A DNA stretch of 24,962 bases, from positions 1-24,962 of the forward strand of contig JBDRUL010000001.1 of assembly GCA_039801305.1 (NCBI GenBank), written 5' to 3'. The notes under the pieces are model-generated. The model was not told the DNA's origin, did no database searches, and saw only the letters and a list, made by a program, of their open reading frames with translations. This DNA comes from a candidate division WOR-3 bacterium (GTDB lineage Bacteria > Hydrothermota > Tepidihabitantia > Tepidihabitantales > Tepidihabitantaceae). Each line of letters begins with the position of its first letter. Positions within the stretch are counted from its first letter, which is position 1. Position numbers and translations under genes: made by a program. Shown here piece after piece: positions 1 through 7,891 of this stretch.

Positions 1-519
1 GATCTGGAACCTGTTATTCCCGCCCGTACTCCAGAAGGGCACACTGTCGCATTTAACGATGAAACTGTCATTATCCGCGCTGCGCCAGTACCAGAGTGAA
101 GCGTTGTTCGTCGGCTCGAAGATCAGATCAGAGAGCATTGCCGCCAGAGTATTGTTAGACCGCGCTGGCGACGGAATCCGCTGAAAGGGCGAAGCGTTCA
201 TCTTGTTATCGTGGAAAGAGATATACCCGTTTGAGCCGATGTATATCTGATTCACCTTATACCAGTAGTACGGGAAATCGAACCCCAGCGCAAACGGACC
301 AACGATATTATCGTCGCCCATCATACTAGTGATCTCGGTTCCGATGCCCTTGATCTCGATCCAATTGTAGGTCGGTGCGCCCGGACAGACAGTATCCGAA
401 TCCAGATACCGATATCCGAAGGAATCCGGGCCACCCCCGCCCCAGGCCGGAGCCGGCGAGACACTGCCCACCGGACTCAACGCCACAAGCATCGTCGTGA
501 TTACAGCTACAGCCATCAT
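1..519 (-). CDS. Secreted protein, N-terminal fragment (signal peptide followed by a GGPDSFGYRYLDSD domain, NIDO-like beta domain); runs off the left edge
   Basis: Not in the ORF track. Manual translation from ATG 519 gives MMAVAVITTMLVALSPVGSVSPAPAWGGGGPDSFGYRYLDSDTVCPGAPTYNWIEIKGIGTEI...GPFALGFDFPYYW...IYIGSNGYISF, open to base 1. SD AAGGAGG lies at 521-527. The GGPDxFGY...YNWI...GPFxLGFxFPYY...SNGYISF pattern is typical of large secreted proteins of WOR-3/Zixibacteria-like lineages. Confidence 0.88.
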   Translation of the reverse strand, partial: MMAVAVITTMLVALSPVGSVSPAPAWGGGGPDSFGYRYLDSDTVCPGAPTYNWIEIKGIGTEITSMMGDDNIVGPFALGFDFPYYWYKVNQIYIGSNGYISFHDNKMNASPFQRIPSPARSNNTLAAMLSDLIFEPTNNASLWYWRSADNDSFIVKCDSVPFWSTGGNNRFQI

Positions 520-532
520 GCCTCCTTGCGAC

Positions 533-605
533 TGGTGAACAGTGACCGGTGACTATTCACTGTTCACCACTCTCTTGTTCTCTACCAACTACTCACCGTT
601 CACCA
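533..605. repeat. 13-bp perfect inverted repeat (533-545 / 557-569) plus a third 1-mismatch copy (593-605), within a heptamer-periodic tract
   Basis: TGGTGAACAGTGA-N11-TCACTGTTCACCA, with TCACCGTTCACCA at 593-605. Seen directly in the sequence. Confidence 0.8.
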
Positions 606-632
606 ATATAACCTTACCCGCTTCGCAGTCAA
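605..632 (-). promoter_or_regulatory. Putative sigma70 promoter for the 1-519 gene
   Basis: Minus strand TTGACT-N16-TATATT. Confidence 0.55.
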
Positions 633-644
633 GCCGTCTCAACG

Positions 645-2267
645 CTACTTTTCTCCTTCCCACTCCTGAACGCGCCTCTGCCATACCACTGACGAATCCA
701 CCTCACCGACGAGCCGGTAAAGCCGGCTGAGATTGTATGCGATACTCAGGTTTGCCGGATCCATATCTGCTGCCTGTCGCAAAGCCTCGATCGCTCCCTG
801 CTTATCACCCAGCCGGTATAGTCCGATCCCCAGATTCGCGTACGCCGGAGCAAAATCCGGACGACGCTGCACCACTGCCCTATATATCGCAACCGCCTGC
901 TCCGGTTCATTCCTCGCTAACAATAACGCGCCCAGATTCAGGCTTGTCGATACCAACTCAGAATCAAGTGCCAACGCCCGGCGGTAAGCCGCCTCTGCTC
1001 CTAGGCTATCCCCAGACCTCACCAGTGCAGTACCAAGATTATGAAAACCCTGAGCATAACCCGGCGCATCTACCGTCATTCGGGAAAACAGCGTCACCTC
1101 ATCCCGCCACCAGCTGATCCGCCACCACAACGACGGCACCATCACGACGAACCAGACCACTGCAATGCCTGCCACAACCACCGTTCTCCTCCGGCTGGTG
1201 GCGAACCTGAGCCCGGCAAGCACGAGCAGCGCAACCCACCCCATACCCGGTACATAGAAGAACCTTCCCACTGGTCCAAATTGCATAACCCCCGCAAACG
1301 GCAGGAGAAAGAGTACGCTCCAACCCCACATCAGCAGCCACTTTGCCCTCCAATCCGGATCGGTGCGCCACACAAATGCAACTGGCAGCGCCAGCACAAC
1401 CAGACCCAGCAGTAACCAAGGAGTAAACCTTGCCAGTACGCCAGGACTCCAGAAGAAAAGAGCGCCTACCGGCAGAACAAACTGCGCGAGCAGATATCCG
1501 GAACTGTTCAGCGACAGCACAACAAAGTCGCCCGCTTCTGGCAGCTCCATTCTAAACACACTGCCAAGCACCATGATCCGGCAAGCAAGATATATGCCAC
1601 AAACCAGAAGCAGCCCAACCACCAAGAGCCAGCTTCGCCGCAACAGTCGATGCGCTGCCAGCCATAAGACCACCAGCACCGGCAGCAACAGCGAATTCTC
1701 CTTCGCACCCGTGGCGATTGCAAATCCACCGAGAATCAACCAGTCATGCCTCCCGTAAGGCTGCGAAACCTGAACCCGACCGGAACACCGGTAAGATGAG
1801 ACTACATGCTGCAACATGCCGTTCAGCGCAAGAACTAACCCTAACCCAGCAAGGAGATCTGTCCTGCCGCTGACATATGCCACGCTATCTGCTGTCAGAC
1901 GGTGAGTGCCAAGATCGAAGGCTCCAAGCGCCGCGGCAGGTGACGACCTGCCGAGTAGAACCAGCGCCCGATAGAATAGGAATATAACAACGGCGTGCAG
2001 GACGACGTTGGTAAGATGAAAATACCAAGTTTTGCCGCCACCGATGACCCGATCGATCGCCATCATAAGTGTAACAAACGGACGGTAGTACTGGTCTGTA
2101 CCCGTTCCCGTTGTCCAGAAACTCCTGCCAAGAGCAGACCAGAGTGTCGCTTTCTGGGGAATTGTACCAGCATCATCCCAGACAAGCCTGTTACGCAATG
2201 CCGGCAGATGGCATGTAACTGAAATCAGCGCTACCAAGAAACCTAAGCCTGGGCGCCGCAAGCGCAT
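645..2267 (-). CDS. TMTC-like multi-pass membrane protein with C-terminal TPR repeats (putative GT-C protein glycosyltransferase)
   Basis: The first loop has VWDD, followed by YYRP, HLTNVVLH and VSGRTDLL, about 10 hydrophobic segments, WRDEVTLF and then TPRs (FHNLGTAL, AYANLGIGL, AYNLSRLY). Start moved from 2612 to ATG 2267 because the longer version overlaps murA head-to-head and a promoter sits just upstream of 2267. Confidence 0.85.
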   Translation of the reverse strand: MRLRRPGLGFLVALISVTCHLPALRNRLVWDDAGTIPQKATLWSALGRSFWTTGTGTDQYYRPFVTLMMAIDRVIGGGKTWYFHLTNVVLHAVVIFLFYRALVLLGRSSPAAALGAFDLGTHRLTADSVAYVSGRTDLLAGLGLVLALNGMLQHVVSSYRCSGRVQVSQPYGRHDWLILGGFAIATGAKENSLLLPVLVVLWLAAHRLLRRSWLLVVGLLLVCGIYLACRIMVLGSVFRMELPEAGDFVVLSLNSSGYLLAQFVLPVGALFFWSPGVLARFTPWLLLGLVVLALPVAFVWRTDPDWRAKWLLMWGWSVLFLLPFAGVMQFGPVGRFFYVPGMGWVALLVLAGLRFATSRRRTVVVAGIAVVWFVVMVPSLWWRISWWRDEVTLFSRMTVDAPGYAQGFHNLGTALVRSGDSLGAEAAYRRALALDSELVSTSLNLGALLLARNEPEQAVAIYRAVVQRRPDFAPAYANLGIGLYRLGDKQGAIEALRQAADMDPANLSIAYNLSRLYRLVGEVDSSVVWQRRVQEWEGEK

Positions 2268-2275
2268 CTCGAGGA

Positions 2276-2345
2276 AGAGTAGACGCTCGCACAGTTGTGT
2301 CAATCCTACTAGGTCGCTTGACTTTGCTGCGCCCCATTTGACAAT
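2276..2345. promoter_or_regulatory. Divergent promoter pair (TPR gene on minus, murA on plus), both apparently leaderless
   Basis: Minus: TTGACA(2303-2298)-N16-TACTCT(2281-2276), 8 nt before ATG 2267. Plus: TTGACT(2318-2323)-N16-GACAAT(2340-2345), 7 nt before GTG 2353. Neither gene has an SD. Confidence 0.5.
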
Positions 2346-2352
2346 ATCAACG

Positions 2353-3615
2353 GTGGATAGATTTCTCATCACTGGGCAAACTCCTCTTACAGGTTCACTA
2401 TCCATTTCGCGCGCGAAGAATGCAGTTCTGCCCCTCTTAGCTGCATCTCTGCTGAGCGAGGAGCCCTGCACCATCAAGGCTGTGCCCTTGCTGGAAGATG
2501 TAAAGACAATGCTTGCTCTGTTGCACTCGCTTGGTGTAGAGGTGAAGCAGAAGAACCGGTCTGTTACCGTCTGCGCCCGCGGCAATCTGAAGCCTGTCGC
2601 AGAGTATGACATCGTACGAAAGATGCGTGCGGGTTACTATGTACTGGGTCCGCTGCTGGCACGGTTGGGAAAGTGCCGGGTTTCGCTGCCTGGCGGATGC
2701 GCCATCGGCGCAAGACCGGTAGACCTGCATCTGAAGGGTATCCAGGCACTAGGTGCACGTGTCCAGATTGAGCACGGCTATATCTGTGCGAACGCAAGTA
2801 GACTACAGGGCAATACCGTGGTGCTGGAGGGGCACCGTGGTCCCAGCGTAGGCGCCACGGCCAATACGATGATGGCAGCAGTGTTGGCAGAAGGCACGAC
2901 GGTAATTCAGGCAGCGGCGTGTGAGCCGGAGATTGTAGATCTGGCTCGGTTCCTGAACCGGATGGGCGCGAAGGTACGCGGCGCAGGTACACCGACAATC
3001 ACGATCTGCGGGGTAAGAATGCTTGCCGGCGCCAGCCATACACCGATCCCTGACCGTATTGAAGCCGGAACCTTTGCAGTCGCCGCAGCAATCACCCGAG
3101 GCATCGTCGAAGTTACTCACTGTAATACAAGCCACCTGACCGCAGTGATAGACCGACTCCGTGCAGCAGGCGCGACTGTTGAAACAAGCCGAAGTTCGCT
3201 GCTGGTATCGATGAGGAATAGGCCGAAGCCTACCGACGTCAGCACCGCACCGTATCCCGGGTTCCCAACTGATCTGCAGGCGCAGTTCTGCTCTCTGCTC
3301 TCAGTAGCAGAGGGAACGAGTACTGTGACCGAGAACATCTTTGAGTCCCGTTTTCTGCACTGCGTTGAGCTAAACCGGATGGGCGCATCGATCGACGTTG
3401 CTGGTAATATGGCGGTAATCCGCGGAGTGAAGCGACTATCCGGAGCACAGGTGATGGCTTCTGACCTACGGGCTTCAGCCGCATTGGTACTCGCTGGACT
3501 GGCGGCCGAAGGCAAGACCGAAGTGCTACGGATTTACCATCTGGACCGAGGCTATGAGCGGCTGGAGCAGAAGCTGGCAGCACTGGGAGCAAGAATTGAG
3601 CGGATCAAGGCGTAA
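2353..3615 (+). CDS. murA: UDP-N-acetylglucosamine 1-carboxyvinyltransferase
   Basis: Motifs AKNAVLPLLAA, LPGGCAIGARPVDLH (catalytic Cys present), PDRIEAGTF, PYPGFPTDLQ, DLRASAAL and HLDRGYE. GTG 2353 gives the typical MDRFLITG start; the track start is 2338. Confidence 0.97.
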   Translation: MDRFLITGQTPLTGSLSISRAKNAVLPLLAASLLSEEPCTIKAVPLLEDVKTMLALLHSLGVEVKQKNRSVTVCARGNLKPVAEYDIVRKMRAGYYVLGPLLARLGKCRVSLPGGCAIGARPVDLHLKGIQALGARVQIEHGYICANASRLQGNTVVLEGHRGPSVGATANTMMAAVLAEGTTVIQAAACEPEIVDLARFLNRMGAKVRGAGTPTITICGVRMLAGASHTPIPDRIEAGTFAVAAAITRGIVEVTHCNTSHLTAVIDRLRAAGATVETSRSSLLVSMRNRPKPTDVSTAPYPGFPTDLQAQFCSLLSVAEGTSTVTENIFESRFLHCVELNRMGASIDVAGNMAVIRGVKRLSGAQVMASDLRASAALVLAGLAAEGKTEVLRIYHLDRGYERLEQKLAALGARIERIKA

Positions 3616-4654
3616 ACAACAACGGTTTGCGGTGAGAATAGGCCGTGTCTGGATCGGCGGCTCGAATCCGGTAGCAGTGCAGTCGATGACGAACACTCAA
3701 ACTGCCGATGTGAAGGCAACGCTTGCGCAAATCCGGCGGCTGCAGCGCGCTGGTTGTGAGATTGTGCGGATTGCGGTACCGGATTCTGCCGCAGCAGAGG
3801 CGCTGCCGGCAATCAGGGCGAGGACAGCTATGCCGCTGGTGGCAGATGTGCATTTTGATTACCGTCTTGCCCTGTCTGCTTTGGAAGCCGGGTTTGATAA
3901 GGTACGGATCAACCCTGGTAATATCGGTGCAACTTGGAAGGTGAAGGAGATTATCCGAGCGGCAGCCGATTGCGGTGCGGCGATCAGAGTAGGGGTAAAC
4001 TCGGGCTCAATCAGTCGTCAGATCCTGAAGAAATACGGCGGTGCCACCCCGCTGGCGATGATCGCCAGTCTTGCTGACTGCCTTGAGCCTTTTGAGCAGC
4101 TGGGTTTCCGCTCGCTGGTGCTTTCGGCAAAGACAACTGTGCCAAGAGATGCAATCGATGTCTGCCGCTTGATAGACGAGAATTGGCGCTATCCGCAGCA
4201 CCTGGGCTTAACCGAATCGGGTCTGCCTTTTGAGGGTGCAATACGCTCTGCCGCAGTGTTGGGAGTACTGCTTGCCGAAGGAATCGGCGATACAATCCGG
4301 ATTTCGCTCGCCGGAGATCCGGTACCTGAAGTAACAGCAGCTTGGGAGCTACTTGCTGGACTCTCGCTTAGGCAGCGGGGACCAGTGGTCTACGCCTGCC
4401 CGACGTGCAGCCGCACCGGCATCGATGTCTGTGGGCTGGCACAGGCGGTGAAACGGGCTCTGCGCGACGAGACCAGACCTTTACGGATCGCGGTCATGGG
4501 TTGTGTGGTGAACGGTCCGGGTGAAGCAGCAGCAGCAGATTTCGGAATCTGCGGGGGCAAGGAGAGAGGGGTGGTCTTTGCCCGAGGTAAGAGAGTACTC
4601 ACATGTTCAGAAGCGAGGCTGGTGCCAGAGCTCATAAGGCTCATCCGCGGCTAA
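3596..4654 (+). CDS. ispG: (E)-4-hydroxy-3-methylbut-2-enyl-diphosphate synthase (flavodoxin/ferredoxin)
   Basis: Motifs VQSMTNT, ADVHFDY, RINPGNIG, IRVGVNSGS, HLGLTESG, GIGDTIRISL, CPTCSR and MGCVVNGPGEA. TTG 3596 is preferred because GGGAG lies 6 nt upstream; the track start is 3554. Confidence 0.96.
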   Translation: MSGSRRKQQRFAVRIGRVWIGGSNPVAVQSMTNTQTADVKATLAQIRRLQRAGCEIVRIAVPDSAAAEALPAIRARTAMPLVADVHFDYRLALSALEAGFDKVRINPGNIGATWKVKEIIRAAADCGAAIRVGVNSGSISRQILKKYGGATPLAMIASLADCLEPFEQLGFRSLVLSAKTTVPRDAIDVCRLIDENWRYPQHLGLTESGLPFEGAIRSAAVLGVLLAEGIGDTIRISLAGDPVPEVTAAWELLAGLSLRQRGPVVYACPTCSRTGIDVCGLAQAVKRALRDETRPLRIAVMGCVVNGPGEAAAADFGICGGKERGVVFARGKRVLTCSEARLVPELIRLIRG

Positions 4655-6087
4655 GTCTTCTGGCGCTTGCACTCCTCAGCGGACTGCTTCCTCCAAGACG
4701 GACAAGTGCCTGCACCATCGGAGCCTTTTCCCCGCTTTCGACGCAGAGTGGAGCAGCGATTCTCTGGAAGAACCGTGACGTAGCGAATCCGGATCAGGAA
4801 ATCAAGTTTTTTTCTGGCGGCAGGTTTCGTTTCATAGCCAATGTCTATGCCGGCGAGAGTACCGATGTCTGGGCTGGGATCAATGAAGCTGGTTTCGCAA
4901 TAATGAACTCGAACTCATATAACCTCGGGGGCAGAAAGGGGAAGACAGCTGACGACGGCAATGTAATGTATATGGCGCTTGGGCGGTGCGCCAGTATTAC
5001 CGATTTCTGCAAACTGATGGACTCGCTGAATGTCGTGGGCAGAAGTACACCAGCAAATTACGGCGTGTTCGACTCCACCGGCGCCACTTTAATCTTTGAG
5101 GCAGGCAACACTTTCTACAAGATTTGCGATGCCAGCCTAGACTCTTACAACTTCAGTCTGCGCGCCAACTACTCCTTTTCGGGCGATTCGATAAGACTGC
5201 GCGGCCGCAACCGCTGGCTGCGGGCAATGGAGCTAGCAATTCCTGCTCGGCAGCAGAACATCATTTCGGCCGATTGGATTCTGCAAGTACTCTGCCGGGA
5301 TCTGGGCCAGCTAGGATTCAATCCCTATCCTTTGCCTTTTACCGGCCGCTATGGCAATCTTCCCCGTGGGTATCTACCCACAGAGAGCACCATATCCCGA
5401 CAGACCACCCGATCGGTCGAGATAATGGTCGGCAGGCTGCCAGAGTGTCCAGTAGGTTCAGAGATGATGTGGGCAGTACTCGGTTCGCCCGATGTTGGCC
5501 TGCCGGTCCCGCTCTGGATAGCTGCCGGCAAGGTACCGCCTGCACTCGATGGCTACGTCCGCTCGCAGATCTGCGACGAAGCCGCTCGGGTACACTCATA
5601 CATCCACTCTGACCCGCGCTATCCGGCAGCAGTTAACACGGTTGCACTCTATACTGTCCAGACCTTTCTTGCACCGGTGGAGTCCTTGATATTTGCCATG
5701 GTCGAAAGTTCGGCTAACACATGGCATAAAAACACCCCCCTGCCCGAGCAGGCTTATGACCTGAGCCAAGCAGTTTGTGAGACAATCCTCGCTGCCTATC
5801 GACGGTTCCGGGAGAACTTGGAACCAGAGCGGGCAGTTTCACTCACTCTGGCACGACTGGTTACGCCGGCAAACTCGCGCGAGCTGCTGATTCAGCTGCC
5901 TACAGAACTAGTCAACCGTGAACTCTTTATCTACGACGCCATAGGGAGGCGCCGGTTAACTATAACTGCACCTACGGACAGGAACTCGTACAGCTGCGAC
6001 ATCTCTTCTCTTCCACGTGGCAGCTACTTCATTCTCACTGGCGGTGACAGACAGCAAAGGCTCTTCCGGCTCGACTACTTCCGCTGA
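4603..6087 (+). CDS. Secreted C45/AAT-like Ntn hydrolase (Cys nucleophile) with a T9SS-like C-terminal tail
   Basis: A hydrophobic leader is followed by SA|CTIG...ILWKNRD, then GINEAGFAIMNS and ANYGVFD, the C45 / acyl-CoA:6-APA acyltransferase pattern. The C-terminus reads IYDAIGRR...ISSLPRGSYFI. The start is uncertain (52 bp overlap with ispG). Confidence 0.8.
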   Translation: MFRSEAGARAHKAHPRLSLLALALLSGLLPPRRTSACTIGAFSPLSTQSGAAILWKNRDVANPDQEIKFFSGGRFRFIANVYAGESTDVWAGINEAGFAIMNSNSYNLGGRKGKTADDGNVMYMALGRCASITDFCKLMDSLNVVGRSTPANYGVFDSTGATLIFEAGNTFYKICDASLDSYNFSLRANYSFSGDSIRLRGRNRWLRAMELAIPARQQNIISADWILQVLCRDLGQLGFNPYPLPFTGRYGNLPRGYLPTESTISRQTTRSVEIMVGRLPECPVGSEMMWAVLGSPDVGLPVPLWIAAGKVPPALDGYVRSQICDEAARVHSYIHSDPRYPAAVNTVALYTVQTFLAPVESLIFAMVESSANTWHKNTPLPEQAYDLSQAVCETILAAYRRFRENLEPERAVSLTLARLVTPANSRELLIQLPTELVNRELFIYDAIGRRRLTITAPTDRNSYSCDISSLPRGSYFILTGGDRQQRLFRLDYFR

Positions 6088-6842
6088 ACCAGTGTTGCAC
6101 CCAGCGCCGCCGCATAGAGCGGCTGCTGACATACTGTAACCTCCACTCCTAGCGCCTTTGCCAGCGCCCTCACCATTCCCGGATTCTGTGCAACTCCGCC
6201 GGTGAATACGACGGGTGGTACCACCCTGATCCGTGCTGCCAGTGCGGCAATTCTTCGCGCGAGCGCCTCGTGCAAACCGGCAAGAATATCAGCAACCGGT
6301 GTGTCGGCGGCCGCGAGCGAAAGGATCTCTGACTCTGCCATCACGACACACAGACTCGATATCGGTGCCGGGCGAGAGGACTCAAGACTGATCTCGCCAA
6401 AACTCGCGAGCGGCAGGTTAAGGGAGCGCGACAGCACTGCCAGAAAGTTGCCGGTACCCGCAGCGCAGCGGTCGTTCATCGCAAACTCCAGTACCGCGCC
6501 ATTCTCAAGCGCAATCACCTTTGAATCCTGACCACCGATGTCTACGATCGTCCGGCAGGTAGGATGCCAAAAGAGAATACCAGCTGCCGCTGCGCTGATC
6601 TCGGTTACACTGCCCGTGGCAAAATCGACCGTATGCCGGGCATAACCGGTCGCTGTCACGGTGGCAACCTGCTCTCCAGACAGCCCAGCTTCTGCAAGAC
6701 AGCGATCAAACAACCGTGCTGCAGTCTCCCGCGGCTTCAGTCCCGTCGGCTCGGTCCGGGTGCATACGATCCTGCGAACAGCTGAATCAAACAGCAGCAC
6801 TTTGGTGTTCACCGAGCCGGCATCAACTCCCGCGTGAATCAT
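6075..6842 (-). CDS. ATP-dependent [4Fe-4S] activator, HgdC/BcrAD_BadFG (acyl-CoA dehydratase activase) family
   Basis: Motifs GVDAGSVNTK, TGYAR, DIGGQDSK, MNDRCAAGTG, ISSLCVVMAESE and GGVAQN. ATG 6842 has GGAGG 5 nt upstream and an ATGA overlap with the upstream stop. Confidence 0.93.
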   Translation of the reverse strand: MIHAGVDAGSVNTKVLLFDSAVRRIVCTRTEPTGLKPRETAARLFDRCLAEAGLSGEQVATVTATGYARHTVDFATGSVTEISAAAAGILFWHPTCRTIVDIGGQDSKVIALENGAVLEFAMNDRCAAGTGNFLAVLSRSLNLPLASFGEISLESSRPAPISSLCVVMAESEILSLAAADTPVADILAGLHEALARRIAALAARIRVVPPVVFTGGVAQNPGMVRALAKALGVEVTVCQQPLYAAALGATLVQRK

Positions 6843-7891
6843 CCGTTCCTCCAAGAATCAAAATCCGGATTTCTCCCCGCCGTCTTGGCTGATCGCACAA
6901 AAGCATCGATGTTCTCGGCTGGGGTAGCCAGCGGCACCTCGCAGCCGGTCGCCGCAACGAAACCCGCGGGACAATTTTTCCCCTGCCCGACCATCGCTGT
7001 CACCTCCCGCTCAATCTCATCAGCACTCTTAAGCAGCAGACTGGTCGTGTCGTAGTTACCAATTATTCGGCAGCGGTCGCCTGCCGCCTTGATGGCCTGA
7101 CTGATCTCAATTCTGTCCACGCTAAGAAGATCGGCTCCACTCAAAGGCATCAGCTCGATAATAAGACTTGTATCCCCACAGATGTGCAGTACCACATCGA
7201 GGTCAAACCGGTGCAGGTAGCGGATTACCTCCCTTTCGTAAGGCAAGGCAAACTCCTGATACTGCTCCGGGCTGATCACACTACCCGAAGCTAGCGGATC
7301 TACCAGTATCGGCAGCCCGCCTGCCCGAATAATTGCCTGCGCAAATCGCTTCACCGAACGAGTGGCAAAATCCAGCAGGTGATGGATACGGTCGGGCGAA
7401 ACCAACAGACCGGTCAAGAACGCCTCCTGATCCAGTAGCTGCTGCGCGGTCGTAAAAGGTGCGGGCACATAGGCGACTATCGGCACCCGGTCGGAACAGG
7501 CGTCATAGGCGTAGCTTATGCCCTCAAGATAGACCCGCAGCCGACCGTCCCGGTGCGGGTCTGCCACATAGTCACCCGGCTCAACCGGTTCCTGCCAGCG
7601 CGGTTCGGACAGATACGGCAGGTCGTCCTCCGGATAGAAGTAGCGCGAGCCAAGCGCCTCGGCAATCAGGCCCACCTCGGAAAAGAACGAGATGAAATCG
7701 ATCCCGTACCTCTCCTGCGCTGCTAGTTGTGCCCGCGCCATCGTGAAACCATTGGTGTAGTAATCGCGCAAAGAAAAGCCGGCTGCCACCGCCGCGTGAG
7801 CGGTCAGGAGCGGGAAAACCGGAACCCTATCCTGTGGCTCATCGATGACCAGCAGCCCGAACCGCTCCCGGGGAGTGAGCAGGTCTTTCAC
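6839..7891 (-). CDS. URO-D superfamily protein, MtaA/MtbA/CmuA-type methylcobamide methyltransferase (copy 1)
   Basis: Motifs DRVPVFP, AEALG, PFTTA, DPLASGSVISP, LHICGD (Zn HxC), IGNYD and ATGCEVP (third Zn Cys). It neighbours a corrinoid protein. GTGA overlap with the upstream gene. Confidence 0.88.
   Translation of the reverse strand: MKDLLTPRERFGLLVIDEPQDRVPVFPLLTAHAAVAAGFSLRDYYTNGFTMARAQLAAQERYGIDFISFFSEVGLIAEALGSRYFYPEDDLPYLSEPRWQEPVEPGDYVADPHRDGRLRVYLEGISYAYDACSDRVPIVAYVPAPFTTAQQLLDQEAFLTGLLVSPDRIHHLLDFATRSVKRFAQAIIRAGGLPILVDPLASGSVISPEQYQEFALPYEREVIRYLHRFDLDVVLHICGDTSLIIELMPLSGADLLSVDRIEISQAIKAAGDRCRIIGNYDTTSLLLKSADEIEREVTAMVGQGKNCPAGFVAATGCEVPLATPAENIDAFVRSAKTAGRNPDFDSWRNG

Noticed and set aside
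2410-2412. MurA SRAKNA instead of the usual SGAKNA
   Set aside because: A single G-to-C change with the catalytic Lys and Cys intact. It may be natural variation or a base error and is not informative alone.
2268-2612. N-terminal 115 aa of the 655-aa track ORF
   Set aside because: Antisense overlap with murA. The real start is most likely ATG 2267, behind its own promoter.
6075-6087. 13-bp tail-to-tail overlap of the C45 gene and the activase gene with no terminator
   Set aside because: Common in compact genomes; no further signal.
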